A stretch of 64,000 nt of DNA from Acidimicrobiales bacterium (GCA_050742455.1 JBOGIG010000076.1:20204-84203), one strand, 5' to 3'. Numbered from the stretch's first letter, positions 54,584 to 64,000 are shown. The notes: generated from the letters alone by a model not told the origin. Made by a program: numbers and translations.

Positions 54584-56467
54584 TCACGATTCGACCTCCT
54601 CGGCGCCCGGGAAAGCACACAGGAGCTGATCGGTGACCGAGGCCACCTCAGTTCCGGCACCTTTGAATTGGCGAGTACCGGGGGCATCGCCCATGGCCCC
54701 GTCCCATTCCTCCTGGGACGGTATCGACTCATCGACCGTACTCACCTGGGGGGTGGCGGCGGTCTCCACCACCAGCTCAAGCTTGAGGGGAGCTCCAAAG
54801 AGGCTCGAAAGGGCTGCGGCCACATCCGGTCGGGAGCCCTCGCAGTAGTTGCGATGAATGAGATTGGGAAGGGCAAAGCGCAGTGTCCGGCCGGCTTCAT
54901 CGACCGACACGAACTGTCCAGCCCGGTACCGGGATCGGATCTTCGGTTCCAGACCCATCAGGATCGACGACTTCCATATCGCGTTCAATTCGTCAGGCCG
55001 CGGCAGAGGAGTAACCCGATCCGGGTTGGGGGACGATTTTGTCTCCTGGCCATCACTGCGCTGGGGCAGGGAGGAGGCCGGGCCGGTGGTGTCGCCCCTA
55101 TTGGGCGCCCGGGACGGCGCCTGGCGCAACGCGCCGAGGGCCCGGCGCGGCCCAGGATCCGGTGGCACATCGGCCTTGGGAGAGTCGCCAGCCTGGGTAG
55201 GGACTGTGTCCGTTGTAGGGACTGTGTCCGTTGTAGGGACTGTGTCCGTTGTAGGGACTGTGACCTTGGGCGACTCCGGCGTCTTGGAAGCGTCCGGAGC
55301 CGCATTGGGACCTGACCCACGCCTGCCCGGTACGGGACCGGCAGGGGTGGGAGTGAGCGAGGCCAGGCGCCTTTCCAGCCGCTCGATCCGCTCCAGCAAA
55401 GCTCCAGGAGAGTGGTCCGTCTCGGGGCGGGCCAGTTGGATCAGCGCTACTTCCAGGCTGACCTGAGGGTCCAGCGCATCGCGCATGTCAACCTGGGCCC
55501 GACCCAACAGCTCCATAGCTCTGACCAGGCCGGCATTGCCCAGCCGGTGGGCCTGAGCCGTCGCCCGGTCCCGTTCGTTGTCGGCCAGGGCCACCAGTTC
55601 GGGGGCCATGACAGCCAGGAAGCCCTGGCGCAGGTACTCGATGAGGTCTGTGGTCAGGCGCTGGGGGTCCCGCCCCGCGGCCAGGGCGGACGCCACCGCC
55701 GTCAGGACTGCGCCGGAGTCGCGTTCGCAAAGAGCGTCGGCCAACTCGTCCAGCACGGCCACGTCGTCCTCGACCACGCCCGCCGCGGCCACCTGGTCCA
55801 GGATGCTCAAGGCGTCCCGGGCCGATCCGTGACCCCGCCTGACAGCCATGTCCCTGGCCTCGACCGCTACCTCCAGCCCAGCCGCCTGGTTGATATCCGA
55901 GAGGAGCTGGGAAAGAACCTCACCGGAGAGGAGGCGGAACTCGTAATGCTGGGTCCGACTTTTGATGGTGGGAAGGACCTTTTGGGGATCGGTCGTAGCC
56001 AGGACGAAGATCACGTGGCCGGGAGGCTCCTCCAAGGTCTTGAGCAAGGCGTTGGATGCAGCCGTGGACAGCATGTGCACCTCGTCGACGATGTAGACCT
56101 TCCACCGCCCCGGGCTGCTCAGGGCCACCTTGGAAACAAGGTCCCGCATGGCGTCAACCCCATTGTTGGACGCCGCATCCAATTCAAAGACGTCGAACGA
56201 GGCGCCCTGGGCCACTTTCAGACAGGACTCGCACTGGTCACACGGCTCTCCTTCAATGGGGGCAGCGCAATTCAGGGCCTTGGCCAGGATTCGGGCCGTT
56301 GAAGTCTTTCCGGTTCCTCTCGGTCCGCTGAACATGTAGGCATGAGCCACCGTGGCGCTTCGCACGGCCTTGAGCAGGCCGATGGTCACGTGATCCTGGC
56401 CCTTGACCTCCTCGAAACGCCGGGGGCGGAAACGACGGTAAAGGGACTGGTAGGGCGAGTCGGCCAC
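54584..56467 (-). CDS. dnaX: DNA polymerase III subunits gamma/tau
   Basis: GTG 56467 ([21 protein letters not shown]). [26 protein letters not shown], zinc module C..C..C, and [10 protein letters not shown]. The linker contains a TVPTTD repeat. Confidence 0.9.
   Translation of the reverse strand: MADSPYQSLYRRFRPRRFEEVKGQDHVTIGLLKAVRSATVAHAYMFSGPRGTGKTSTARILAKALNCAAPIEGEPCDQCESCLKVAQGASFDVFELDAASNNGVDAMRDLVSKVALSSPGRWKVYIVDEVHMLSTAASNALLKTLEEPPGHVIFVLATTDPQKVLPTIKSRTQHYEFRLLSGEVLSQLLSDINQAAGLEVAVEARDMAVRRGHGSARDALSILDQVAAAGVVEDDVAVLDELADALCERDSGAVLTAVASALAAGRDPQRLTTDLIEYLRQGFLAVMAPELVALADNERDRATAQAHRLGNAGLVRAMELLGRAQVDMRDALDPQVSLEVALIQLARPETDHSPGALLERIERLERRLASLTPTPAGPVPGRRGSGPNAAPDASKTPESPKVTVPTTDTVPTTDTVPTTDTVPTQAGDSPKADVPPDPGPRRALGALRQAPSRAPNRGDTTGPASSLPQRSDGQETKSSPNPDRVTPLPRPDELNAIWKSSILMGLEPKIRSRYRAGQFVSVDEAGRTLRFALPNLIHRNYCEGSRPDVAAALSSLFGAPLKLELVVETAATPQVSTVDESIPSQEEWDGAMGDAPGTRQFKGAGTEVASVTDQLLCAFPGAEEVES
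55197..55263. repeat. 18-bp x3.7 in-frame tandem repeat (GTAGGGACTGTGTCCGTT) in the dnaX linker
   Basis: Read directly from the sequence. It encodes (TVPTTD)n on the minus strand. Confidence 0.95.
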
Positions 56468-56629
56468 GAGGGCCGAGCCTAGTGTCCCCGAGCGGGGCCT
56501 TAGGAGGGCATTGGGGCCATCGGAGCGACCCTGGCGCAACTCGGGACACTCGGCGGCCGCTGGGGGCGAAAGGTACGTCGCCGGGTCGGAAACCGAGGCC
56601 TGGGCGAGCTGCGACGCTCGGTGCGACGG

Positions 56630-56745
56630 CCAGGTTGACTGCGGCACACCGGCCACCCGCTGAGAGCTGCTGCCTTCCGGCCCTGACTCGGTTCACGGGC
56701 TGCCAGTTGCGCAGGACCCGGCCGCCGCACGGAACGACGGGCCGC
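56630..56745 (-). ncRNA. ffs: Signal recognition particle RNA (4.5S / small SRP RNA)
   Basis: The minus strand reads ..CCUGCGCAAC..GUGAACCGAGUCAGGGCCGGAAGGCAGCAGC..GGUGUGCCGC, matching the conserved domain IV of E. coli 4.5S RNA (GGUCAGGUCCGGAAGGAAGCAGC) with the GGAA tetraloop. The closing helix is GCGGCGGCCGG/CCGGUGUGCCGC. The classic position is upstream of dnaX. The ends are approximate. Confidence 0.7.
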
Positions 56746-56804
56746 ATGCAACGACCAGTTCCCGGAAACGGCAGCCTTGGCCCTAGGTTAGCCTTGGTCG
56801 ACTT

Positions 56805-56889
56805 GGAGGGGTGCGAGAGCGGCCGAATCGGCACGACTGGAAATCGTGTGTGGCGCAAGTCACCGTGGGTTCAAATCCCACCCTCTCCG
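56805..56889 (+). tRNA. tRNA-Ser (anticodon GGA), long variable arm, no encoded CCA
   Basis: Hand-folded. Acceptor GGAGGGG/CCTCTCC, anticodon stem CACGA/TCGTG with loop CTGGAAA, variable arm GTGGCGCAAGTCAC, and T-arm GTGGG-TTCAAAT-CCCAC. Confidence 0.9.
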
Positions 56890-56925
56890 CGGGGGTCCTC
56901 GAGAGACCGAGGCCCTAAAGGTAAA

Positions 56926-56972
56926 GAAACTCCTTGCCGGAAGCCGCCCCGTGGCCTTCGGCGAGGAGTTTC
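56926..56972 (+). terminator. Long hairpin downstream of tRNA-Ser(GGA), possible terminator
   Basis: GAAACTCCTTGCCGGA...TTCGGCGAGGAGTTTC forms about 16 bp including G-U pairs, followed by GATTTCG. There is no strong U-tract. Confidence 0.3.
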
Positions 56973-57027
56973 GATTTCGAGATCCACAAGGTATTTGGAG
57001 AACAGGCAGTTAGGCGGAGTCGGATGC

Positions 57028-57336
57028 ATGTCGGCCGCAGAACTCTCCTACTTTGGTAGTATGGTACCCATGCCTCGAGGCCGTCCATCGCCCAAACTTG
57101 CGATCACCGTTGATCCCGACGTCCACCAACGGGTGAGGGAGGCGGCGGCCGTGGAGCAGGTGAGCGTCTCTGCCTGGATGACGAAGGCCGCCCGGGCGGC
57201 CCTCACCGTCCGAGACGGGCTGTCGGCCGTCGCCGAATGGGAGGCGGAGAACGGGACGCTCAGCGAGGCCGAGCTGTCCCAGGCCCACCGCCGGGTAGCC
57301 ACCCAGCTCGGGTGGAGCACCCCCGCACCAGCGTGA
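57028..57336 (+). CDS. Type II antitoxin (RHH/VapB-like)
   Basis: PKLAITVDPDVHQRVREAAAVEQVSVSAWMTKAARAAL. The stop overlaps the GTG of the PIN gene. Start is ATG 57028 or 57061. The ORF-track N-terminal extension crosses the tRNA and ffs and is not coding. Confidence 0.6.
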   Translation: MSAAELSYFGSMVPMPRGRPSPKLAITVDPDVHQRVREAAAVEQVSVSAWMTKAARAALTVRDGLSAVAEWEAENGTLSEAELSQAHRRVATQLGWSTPAPA

Positions 57337-57710
57337 GGGTCGTCTATGACGCCAGCGTGCTAGTGAGCGCCGATCGCAGTGATCGGGCGGTCTGGGCCGA
57401 TCACCGAGCCCGCTTGGAGCTTGGGCTGGCCCCGGTGACCACCGCTCCCGTGGTAGCACAGGTGAGCCGCTCCCACAGCCAGGCCCAGCTGCGTCGTTTC
57501 CTCCGCGGCTGCGTGGTGGTCTCGTTCGCACCCGACGAGGCTCACGTGGTGGGCGCCCTTCTGGCAAAGGCCGGCAGTTCTGACGTGACCGATGGGCACG
57601 TTGTCACCGTGGCAGCGTCGGCCGGGGCTACTTTGCTCACCGCCGACGTGGACGATCTAGCGCGGCTCTCGGCCTGCCTCGACACCCCGGTCAACATCGT
57701 GCGGATCTGA
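57333..57710 (+). CDS. PIN-domain toxin (VapC-like)
   Basis: VRVVYDASVLV...VTDGHVV...ATLLTADVDDL acidic PIN residues. GTGA overlap with the antitoxin stop. Confidence 0.75.
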   Translation: MRVVYDASVLVSADRSDRAVWADHRARLELGLAPVTTAPVVAQVSRSHSQAQLRRFLRGCVVVSFAPDEAHVVGALLAKAGSSDVTDGHVVTVAASAGATLLTADVDDLARLSACLDTPVNIVRI

Positions 57711-57740
57711 TCGAGTCCCCGTCGGTGATGGGACAGCCCG

Positions 57741-58595
57741 GTGTGGCGAGCCTGGTCGGAGCTAGGTTTTGCCGTGGAGGCGCGCACGGTGAGCGAGAAC
57801 TCTCACAACCAGCACCCAAAATCCCCCCCGTCAGCAGGCGCGCGCCTTGCGTTGGCCCGCCTGGTGGGCGTGGTCGGTTTGGTGGCCTATAACTGGTGGG
57901 TGGCCGTGCCCTTCAAGCACGGACTGTTGACCTCCCCCGACGGCTTCTTCAGCGATCTGGAAGCCAACGGCCGGCCCTACTCGGCCGTGATGCAGCATCT
58001 TGACCTGGTGGCCGGCATCTTGTTGGTCATCGCCCTGGTGGCGCGAGGTGCGCAGGGTAGGGCCCGCCTGCGCCGGGAGTGGCCCTGGATGATCGCCTTC
58101 GCCGGGGCGGGCGTGGTGGGTGGAAAGTACTCCTATGCCTGCGCCGAAGGTCTGAGCACCAGCTGTCGTCATCTGGAGTGGCGCTTCCAACTACCGCTGC
58201 ACCACTACATTCACATCGCCGCCGGTGTGGTCGAATTCGCCACCATCACCATTGCCGTGTTGCTGGCCCGGCGCCAGACCCGAGATCTCTCGACGCCTGA
58301 AAGCCGGCTATTCAAGGGCCTGGTCGGCCTCTTCGTCGTGGGCTATCCCATCCTGGGCGCGGCATACCTGTCCGACCGGCTGGGTGCGGTGATCGAGCCC
58401 GTATTCTTCGTGGCCTTCAGCCTCATGGTCCTGGTCGAACTCTTCGAGCCCGCAACCGCGCTGGTGCGCGGTCCTATTGGTGGCCCCGAAGCTTCAGCCC
58501 GCAGGAAAAACCCGTCTTCAGCCGGAGACCACCAGCTCGCCGCCTCCTCGCCAACTGGCCGGACGGTCCCAGCCCCGCCCGAACAGCTGACGTGA
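57741..58595 (+). CDS. DUF998-like integral membrane protein
   Basis: Multiple hydrophobic segments. LVAYNWWVAVPF...FFSDLEA.G.PYS..MQHLDLVAG resembles DUF998. Confidence 0.6.
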   Translation: MWRAWSELGFAVEARTVSENSHNQHPKSPPSAGARLALARLVGVVGLVAYNWWVAVPFKHGLLTSPDGFFSDLEANGRPYSAVMQHLDLVAGILLVIALVARGAQGRARLRREWPWMIAFAGAGVVGGKYSYACAEGLSTSCRHLEWRFQLPLHHYIHIAAGVVEFATITIAVLLARRQTRDLSTPESRLFKGLVGLFVVGYPILGAAYLSDRLGAVIEPVFFVAFSLMVLVELFEPATALVRGPIGGPEASARRKNPSSAGDHQLAASSPTGRTVPAPPEQLT

Positions 58596-58744
58596 AAGCT
58601 CGCCGGCGCCGCTGAAAAGCGATCGACTGCGGTCATATTTCGACGAATCGCCAGCTCTTCCCTGCTTGTCCACGGTCGGGATTCCCCCTCCCCGAGGCGA
58701 CCGGCGCCAGGGCCCTATGGTTGGATCATGATCGGGCATAAGCG

Positions 58745-59224
58745 TTGGTGACCGGATCACCCCCCGAGGTCCTCAGCGACAGCCAGGCCATGGATCTGGC
58801 CCTGGTCGAAGCCCGACTGGCCCTGGCCCACGGTGACGTCCCCGTGGGCGCCGTGGTCCTGCGGGACGGTCGGATGCTGGCCCGACGGCACAACGAACGC
58901 CAGCTTCAGGCGGACCCCACCGCCCATGCCGAGGTACTGGCGTTGAGGGACGCCGCCCGCCAACTCGGATCGTGGCGCTTGGACGGCACGACCATGGTGG
59001 TGACCCTGGAACCATGCCTGATGTGCGCCGGCGCCCTGGTCAACTCCAGGGTGAACCGCTTGGTCTTTGCCACCCCCGACCCCAAGGCCGGTGCGACCGG
59101 CTCGCTGTACAACGTGCTGGTCGATCCGCGCCTCAACCACGAGGTATCCGTGTCGGTGGGACCGGGCGGCACCGAGGCAGCCGGGTTACTCAGGCAATTC
59201 TTCGCCGACCGGCGCAACCGCTAA
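58745..59224 (+). CDS. tadA: tRNA adenosine(34) deaminase
   Basis: HAEVLALRDA (HAE zinc motif) and TLEPCLMCAGAL (PCxxC). Followed directly by a tRNA-Ser gene. Confidence 0.9.
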   Translation: MVTGSPPEVLSDSQAMDLALVEARLALAHGDVPVGAVVLRDGRMLARRHNERQLQADPTAHAEVLALRDAARQLGSWRLDGTTMVVTLEPCLMCAGALVNSRVNRLVFATPDPKAGATGSLYNVLVDPRLNHEVSVSVGPGGTEAAGLLRQFFADRRNR

Positions 59225-59237
59225 CCTGACGGGACCG

Positions 59238-59322
59238 GGAGGGGTGCGAGAGCGGCCGAATCGGACGGTCTCGAAAACCGTTGTGGCGCAAGTCACCGTG
59301 GGTTCAAATCCCACCCCCTCCG
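59238..59322 (+). tRNA. tRNA-Ser (anticodon CGA), long variable arm, no encoded CCA
   Basis: Hand-folded. Acceptor GGAGGGG/CCCCTCC, anticodon stem ACGGT/ACCGT with loop CTCGAAA, and the same variable and T arms as tRNA-Ser(GGA). Confidence 0.9.
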
Positions 59323-59542
59323 CCGTTCAGGATGGCCTTCGGTTCGCCCCATGGTCTGGACCGAAGGCCATCCCTGCCTATGACGCCACAGGCCACCGTG
59401 ACCCCCGAACTAGGTGATCGCCCCGTCCCGCTCCTGTCCGCAACAGGAGATCTCTATGCCGTTAATGGTTCCCGTTGGCAGGGCCGTCGGGCGGCTACCC
59501 TGCAGGGTATCGGGCAGGAGGCAAAATATCCGGGCGGAGGAT

Positions 59543-60802
59543 ATGAACGAGCGAGCAGCTTGGGATAGGCCCGGCGCCGGGCCAGGGCCACTGACCGGCT
59601 TTCGGGTGCTGGATCTTTCGTCGGTGGTGATGGGACCCATGGCCACGTCCATCCTCGGCGACCTCGGAGCCGAGATCATCACCGTCGAAAGCGAGCAAGG
59701 TGACACCAACCGGGCCATGGGCCCCGGCCCGCACCCCCAGTTATCGGGCGTATCGCTAAACCTGTTGCGCAACAAGCGCAATGTCGACCTCGATCTCAAG
59801 TCTCACGCGGGAAAGGACCTCTTGTTGCGGCTGGCCGCGACGTGTGACGTCTTTGTCACCAACCTCCGGCCCGGTCCCCTGGCCAGACTGGGCGCCTCCT
59901 ACCCCGACCTGGTCGGGGTGCGGGGCGACATCGTCTACTGCCAGGCCCAGGGTTGGCCGTCGGACACCGCACGCGCCGATGACCCGGCCTACGACGACAT
60001 AATCCAGGCCGCCAGCGGGGTGGCCGACTTGACCCAGCGCATCGGGGGCCCGCCCTCCCTGATGCCGACAATTTTCGCCGACAAGGTAGCTGGGCTCACC
60101 ATCGCCTATGCCATCCTGGCCGCCTTGGTCCACCGGGAACGGACAGGCCAGGGTCAGCACATCGAGGTGCCAATGGTCGACGCCGTAACCGCCTTCCTGT
60201 TGGTCGAGCACGGAGCCGCCGCCATCCCGCGCCCGCCGCTCGGACCCGGCGGCTACCAGCGCATCCTGACCCCGCAACGCCGTCCCCACCGCTCCAGCGA
60301 CGGCTGGATCGCCATCCTTCCCTATTCGAAGGACAACTACGACACCTTGTTCAAACTCGGGTCACGCCATGATCTGATCGGGGATCGGCGATACAGCACG
60401 GGCAGAGCCCGCATAGCCAACTCCGACTTCTTGTATTCCCAGGTGCGCGAGATCGTGCTGGAGCGCACAACGGCCGAGTGGCTGGAGATTTGTACCCGCC
60501 ACTCCATCCCGGCCACCGAAGTGGCCCGCATAGACGACATCATCGAGGCGTTGCCCGATGCCGAGCATCCCGTGGTCGGTGCCTACAAGCTCATCCCGCC
60601 ACCGGTCAGGTTCGCCCGTACCCCAGCGTCGGTCCGCCGGCCGGCCCCGTTGATCGGCCAGCACAACCACGAAGTGCTTTCCGAGTTGGGCCTGACCGAC
60701 TCTGAAATCACCCACCTCGAAGCCACCGGAGTAGTGCGCACCCGCCTCGCCCCTGGCTCCGACCCCGGCCCTCCACCCACCCAAGCACAAACCGGGAACT
60801 GA
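59543..60802 (+). CDS. CoA transferase, family III (CaiB/BaiF)
   Basis: ATG 59543 is preceded by GGAGGA. GPLTGFRVLDLSSVVMGPMATSILGDLGAEIITVE is the typical family III N-terminus. Confidence 0.85.
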   Translation: MNERAAWDRPGAGPGPLTGFRVLDLSSVVMGPMATSILGDLGAEIITVESEQGDTNRAMGPGPHPQLSGVSLNLLRNKRNVDLDLKSHAGKDLLLRLAATCDVFVTNLRPGPLARLGASYPDLVGVRGDIVYCQAQGWPSDTARADDPAYDDIIQAASGVADLTQRIGGPPSLMPTIFADKVAGLTIAYAILAALVHRERTGQGQHIEVPMVDAVTAFLLVEHGAAAIPRPPLGPGGYQRILTPQRRPHRSSDGWIAILPYSKDNYDTLFKLGSRHDLIGDRRYSTGRARIANSDFLYSQVREIVLERTTAEWLEICTRHSIPATEVARIDDIIEALPDAEHPVVGAYKLIPPPVRFARTPASVRRPAPLIGQHNHEVLSELGLTDSEITHLEATGVVRTRLAPGSDPGPPPTQAQTGN

Positions 60803-60843
60803 CGGCTCGGTCGGCCTATGACCGCTCGGCAGACAACGACCAC

Positions 60844-62106
60844 TCACCACCCGCCGGTGGCGGCCACGTGGCGAAAGGGTCTGTCCCGGTCCGTGAACGG
60901 CTCCCTGGGCAAACCGAGGATGCGCTCGCCCAGGATGTTGCGCTGGATCTCATCGGTCCCCCCGGCAATGGAGACTGCCGGCACCGAAACCAAGACCTCG
61001 GTGATCGTGCCGCCCATTGGCCCATCGTCTCCGGCCAACATTCCCGACGCCCCGGCGATCAACGAATGGACCCGAGACGCGGCCCGGGCAATGTTGCTGC
61101 TGGCCAACTTGCCCAGCGAACCTTCGGGTCCGGGAGGCCGGCCCACGGCTCGGGCGGCAGCGGCCCGCTGGTTGGTCCATCGAGCCGACCAGGCCAGCGC
61201 CATTAGCGCGGCGATCTGCTGGCGCACGACCGGATCCCCATCCCGCCCCGTTGCCCGTGCTCGCTCGATGACGAGGTCAACCCGACCGGCTCGCTGCGGG
61301 TACCAGGAGTAGGGCTCGGCTACCACTGCTGCCTCAAACGCCGCCTCCCGTTGGACACGGCCTTGGGCCGGGACCGACGACACACGACGGTTGGAGGCCA
61401 GGCGGCGTTCGTGAGCCAAGGTGGAAAGAGCCACAGCCCAACCCTGACCCGCGCCCCCGACCACGTTGGCCGCCGGGACCCGGGCCTGATCGAGGAATAT
61501 CTCGTTGAACGAAGCGTGGCCGTTCATTTGGCGAAGCGGTCGGACATCGACACCCGGCTGGTCCATCGGCAGGACAAAGTAGGTAATGCCACGGTGCTTG
61601 GGCACGTCCCAATCGGTCCGAGCCAACAACAGCCCGAAGTCGGCGTGGTGGGCCGAGGTGCTCCACAGCTTCTGACCCGATACGACCCACTCATCCCCGT
61701 CCCGCTCGGCCGTGGTCCTCAATCCGGCCAGGTCCGAGCCGGCGTCAGGCTCGCTGAATAGCTGACACCAGTTGACTCGCCCGATCACCGTGTCCAATAT
61801 GAAGCGCTCCTTGAGCTCGTCCGAGCCGTGCTCAAGAATGGTCGGGGCAGCCAAGTTCATCCCGACCCCCTCGGCCGGTCCCACCGCGCCCATACGGTCG
61901 AATTCCGCCGTCACTATGCTGGCCGAGGCCACGGGAAGGTCCCTTCCACACCAACGCCGGGGCCAGGTGGGACAACCCCAACCGGACAGGGCCAGCTTGG
62001 TTCGCCACTCCGCCAGAGCCGCCTCCGGATCCCATTCGGCTTCCAACCAGGCGCGCGCGGCAAGACCCACGTCGATCCCGTCCTCGGGCACACCCACCAC
62101 CCTCTT
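60844..62106 (-). CDS. Acyl-CoA dehydrogenase
   Basis: CQLFSEPDAGSDLAGLRTTAERDGDEWVVSGQKLWSTSAHHADF and GGTDEIQRNILGERILGLP. Confidence 0.85.
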   Translation of the reverse strand, partial: KRVVGVPEDGIDVGLAARAWLEAEWDPEAALAEWRTKLALSGWGCPTWPRRWCGRDLPVASASIVTAEFDRMGAVGPAEGVGMNLAAPTILEHGSDELKERFILDTVIGRVNWCQLFSEPDAGSDLAGLRTTAERDGDEWVVSGQKLWSTSAHHADFGLLLARTDWDVPKHRGITYFVLPMDQPGVDVRPLRQMNGHASFNEIFLDQARVPAANVVGGAGQGWAVALSTLAHERRLASNRRVSSVPAQGRVQREAAFEAAVVAEPYSWYPQRAGRVDLVIERARATGRDGDPVVRQQIAALMALAWSARWTNQRAAAARAVGRPPGPEGSLGKLASSNIARAASRVHSLIAGASGMLAGDDGPMGGTITEVLVSVPAVSIAGGTDEIQRNILGERILGLPREPFTDRDRPFRHVAATGGW

Positions 62107-62210
62107 CATGCTCGATCGTCCCCACAAGGGTATTCCCGCCAAGCCGTTATCGTGCGAAGCGTCCCACCGGCCGCCATCCGACAGGTCGGCACTTCCTCAC
62201 GAAGTGAGAG

Positions 62211-63131
62211 CTATTTCGGGGCCAGGAACTGCGGGGGTCGACCGGCCTGGAAGGCCTTGACCCCTTCGGCAAAGTCGGGGGCCTCAACCATGGCACGCAT
62301 AAGATCCACGGCCCGGGCTGCGCCGGGGCCCACGTCGCCGCGTAGGTCGGCGTAGAGCTGTGCCTTCATGGCTGCCAGCGAAGAGGGTGCGATCTCGCCG
62401 GCCATCCTCTTGGCGTAGTCGAGAACGAATTCCATCAGTTCGGATCGCTCCACCACCTTGTTGATCAGTCCCATATTCTCGGCCTCCTCGGCACGCACGA
62501 CTCGAGACGAGAACAACAGATCGGCTGCTCGGGCCGGACCCACCAGTCGGGACAGGATCCAGCTCACCCCGTGCTCCGCCGGTAGTCCCAGGCGACCAAA
62601 GGACGTGGTCAGCTTGGCCCCCGCCGCGGCAAAGCGGATGTCGGCAAAACACATGAGCACGAATCCCACTCCGGCGGCCGGGCCGTTGACGGCGGCGATG
62701 ACCGGCTTGGACAGGGCCAGGGGAAAGCTGTGCTCGTTGTCCAGGTCTGGGTCCAGGCCCCGCAGCGCACCCTCGAACAGCGCCGACCCCGCCCTCGGGG
62801 CCTGTCCGAGCTCGGTCGTCTTGTCGCCGGCGCCGGATCCGGACCCGCCATCGACTCCGACTCCACCGTCATAGGAACCGGCATCGGCCATGTTGTCGAG
62901 TGCCTTCAAATCAGCGCCGGCGCAGAACCCGCGACCCGCTCCGGTTATGACGATGACCCTCACATCCGGGTCGGCATCCGCCCCCACCATCAGGGCCCGG
63001 TACTCCAGCGCCATCCGGGCCGTCCAGGCATTGAGCCGATCAGGTCTATTCAGAGTGATCACCCCCACCCCGCTGTCGACTTCGTAGATGGTGGTCCGCA
63101 GTTCCATGGTTGTCATTGTCCCTTCAGTCAT
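62211..63131 (-). CDS. Enoyl-CoA hydratase/isomerase (crotonase) family protein
   Basis: ATG 63131 (MTEGTMTTMELR..). VITLNRPDRLNAW, VIVITGAGRGFCAGADLK and AAVNGPAAGVG, with a Gly/Asp-rich insertion. The longer ORF-track version is an upstream extension. Confidence 0.85.
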   Translation of the reverse strand: MTEGTMTTMELRTTIYEVDSGVGVITLNRPDRLNAWTARMALEYRALMVGADADPDVRVIVITGAGRGFCAGADLKALDNMADAGSYDGGVGVDGGSGSGAGDKTTELGQAPRAGSALFEGALRGLDPDLDNEHSFPLALSKPVIAAVNGPAAGVGFVLMCFADIRFAAAGAKLTTSFGRLGLPAEHGVSWILSRLVGPARAADLLFSSRVVRAEEAENMGLINKVVERSELMEFVLDYAKRMAGEIAPSSLAAMKAQLYADLRGDVGPGAARAVDLMRAMVEAPDFAEGVKAFQAGRPPQFLAPK

Positions 63132-64000
63132 GGTGGAGATGCGAGTGGCCGGACCCGTCGCCTCCGGGTCCGGTGCCTCCGGGTCCGGCCGGCGGCGAAC
63201 CGTCGGACTGGACACGATGGGAATCGCCCGGACCGGCAGGGGTGGGGTTGTTCTTCTCCAACCACCGGCGGAACCCGGCGGCGTTGGAGTGGAACCCGTT
63301 GAGAGTCTCGAGCTTTTCCCGATGCTCGGGGTCCACGCCGTCCAAGTCCGCTCCAAATCGTGCCTCCAGGGCGACGGCGATGTCACGGTCCTCGCGCCAG
63401 GCCGCCTCCGCTTCCCCGGCCCAGGCCCTGAGCGTATCCTCGGCCTCGGCCAGGAGCTCCGCCGGTTCACCCAGTAATCCGTAGTGGGCCAGGGCCAAAC
63501 CAGTGGGCCGGCGGCCGGCGAACTTGTGGAGGGAGTCGACCGCCGCCTCCAGATCAAAGTCGGGAGGTGGCGTGGCCGGGCGCAGGATCCCGGCATCAGG
63601 AAGGCGCACCCCCACGGCATCACCGGCGAAGAGAATGCCGCTTTGCGAGTCATGAAGGCCCAAATGGTGCTGAGCGTGGCCGGGTGAATCGATGGCGGTC
63701 AAAGTCCTGCTTGAACTGATCACCAGCTCCTCCCCGTCTGCGAGCACGTGTATCCGTTCTGCAGGGGTGGGGTCCAAGCGGCCATAGAGGGTGTCCAGTA
63801 GGGAGCCGTAGACCCGGGAGGCCGAATCCACCAAACGGCTGGGGTCGACCAGGTGACGGGCCCCCCTCTCGTGCACATAGACGGTGGCGTTGGGAAAGGC
63901 CCGGGCCACATCCCCCACCCCACCGGCGTGATCCAGGTGGATGTGGGTCACCACCACTCCGGCCAGGTCATCGGCGCCTACCCCCAGATCGTCCAGGGCG
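63124..64000 (-). CDS. MBL-fold metallo-hydrolase (partial, N-terminus beyond window end)
   Basis: VVTHIHLDHAGG motif near 63950. The reading frame stays open to position 64000 (..ALDDLGVGADDLAGVVV). The stop overlaps the crotonase start. Confidence 0.75.
   Translation of the reverse strand, partial: ALDDLGVGADDLAGVVVTHIHLDHAGGVGDVARAFPNATVYVHERGARHLVDPSRLVDSASRVYGSLLDTLYGRLDPTPAERIHVLADGEELVISSSRTLTAIDSPGHAQHHLGLHDSQSGILFAGDAVGVRLPDAGILRPATPPPDFDLEAAVDSLHKFAGRRPTGLALAHYGLLGEPAELLAEAEDTLRAWAGEAEAAWREDRDIAVALEARFGADLDGVDPEHREKLETLNGFHSNAAGFRRWLEKNNPTPAGPGDSHRVQSDGSPPAGPGGTGPGGDGSGHSHLHHD

Noticed and set aside
56482-57027. 5' part of ORF 56482..57336 and ORF 56253..56858
   Set aside because: Both run across the SRP RNA and tRNA-Ser(GGA) genes. 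Only the last approximately 100 codons (RHH-like antitoxin) look like a protein.

Overview
GC-rich, gene-dense chromosomal segment that looks actinobacterial. Evidence: WhiB, decaprenyl-phospho-arabinose genes, ask/asd, and gene order resembling the mycobacterial ponA2-whiB-ArsA and tadA-tRNA-Ser neighbourhoods. I can support about 70 protein-coding genes or pseudogenes, 3 tRNAs (Pro-CGG, Ser-GGA, Ser-CGA) and an SRP (4.5S) RNA upstream of dnaX. Functional blocks in order: (1) a tightly coupled minus-strand operon of IscA, a 2Fe-2S/truncated xanthine-dehydrogenase-like fusion, RidA and a MurG-like gene, divergent from mrp/apbC; (2) a secreted repeat protein, an orphan PAS histidine kinase, MBL hydrolase, NUDIX, an S1-protease homolog lacking the catalytic motifs, and PBP1A; (3) selA-selB followed by DUF929 + VKOR thiol-oxidoreductases, whiB and two ArsA/Get3-like ATPases; (4) a STAS protein, a single-domain receiver, and tRNA-Pro followed by a decayed accessory stretch (4 pseudogenes, 2 RHH antitoxins with 1 intact PIN toxin, 2 APH-like kinases); (5) a four-gene overlapping operon of phosphodiester glycosidase, DPPR synthase, dprE1 and dprE2; (6) pirin, serine hydrolase, asd / udg (antisense) / lysC, htrA and two cyclophilins; (7) ethylmalonyl-CoA-pathway-type genes (hbd, ecm-like mutase, pccB, epimerase, ccr, thiolase) interleaved with housekeeping genes; (8) recR-dnaX-ffs-tRNA-Ser, a vapBC-like pair, tadA-tRNA-Ser and a beta-oxidation-like cluster. 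No CRISPR array, transposase or integrase was recognised. The most unusual signal is structural. There are many short (15-35 bp), often perfect tandem duplications concentrated at translation-initiation regions. Three of them build decoy or relay mini-ORFs: a 4-copy array of the selB start codon region; a 35-bp x3 array forming a chain of ATGA/GTGA stop-start overlaps between the two ArsA-like genes; and a 15-bp x3 array forming a uORF whose stop overlaps the iscA start. All homology calls come from motif recognition by eye; no database search was run.
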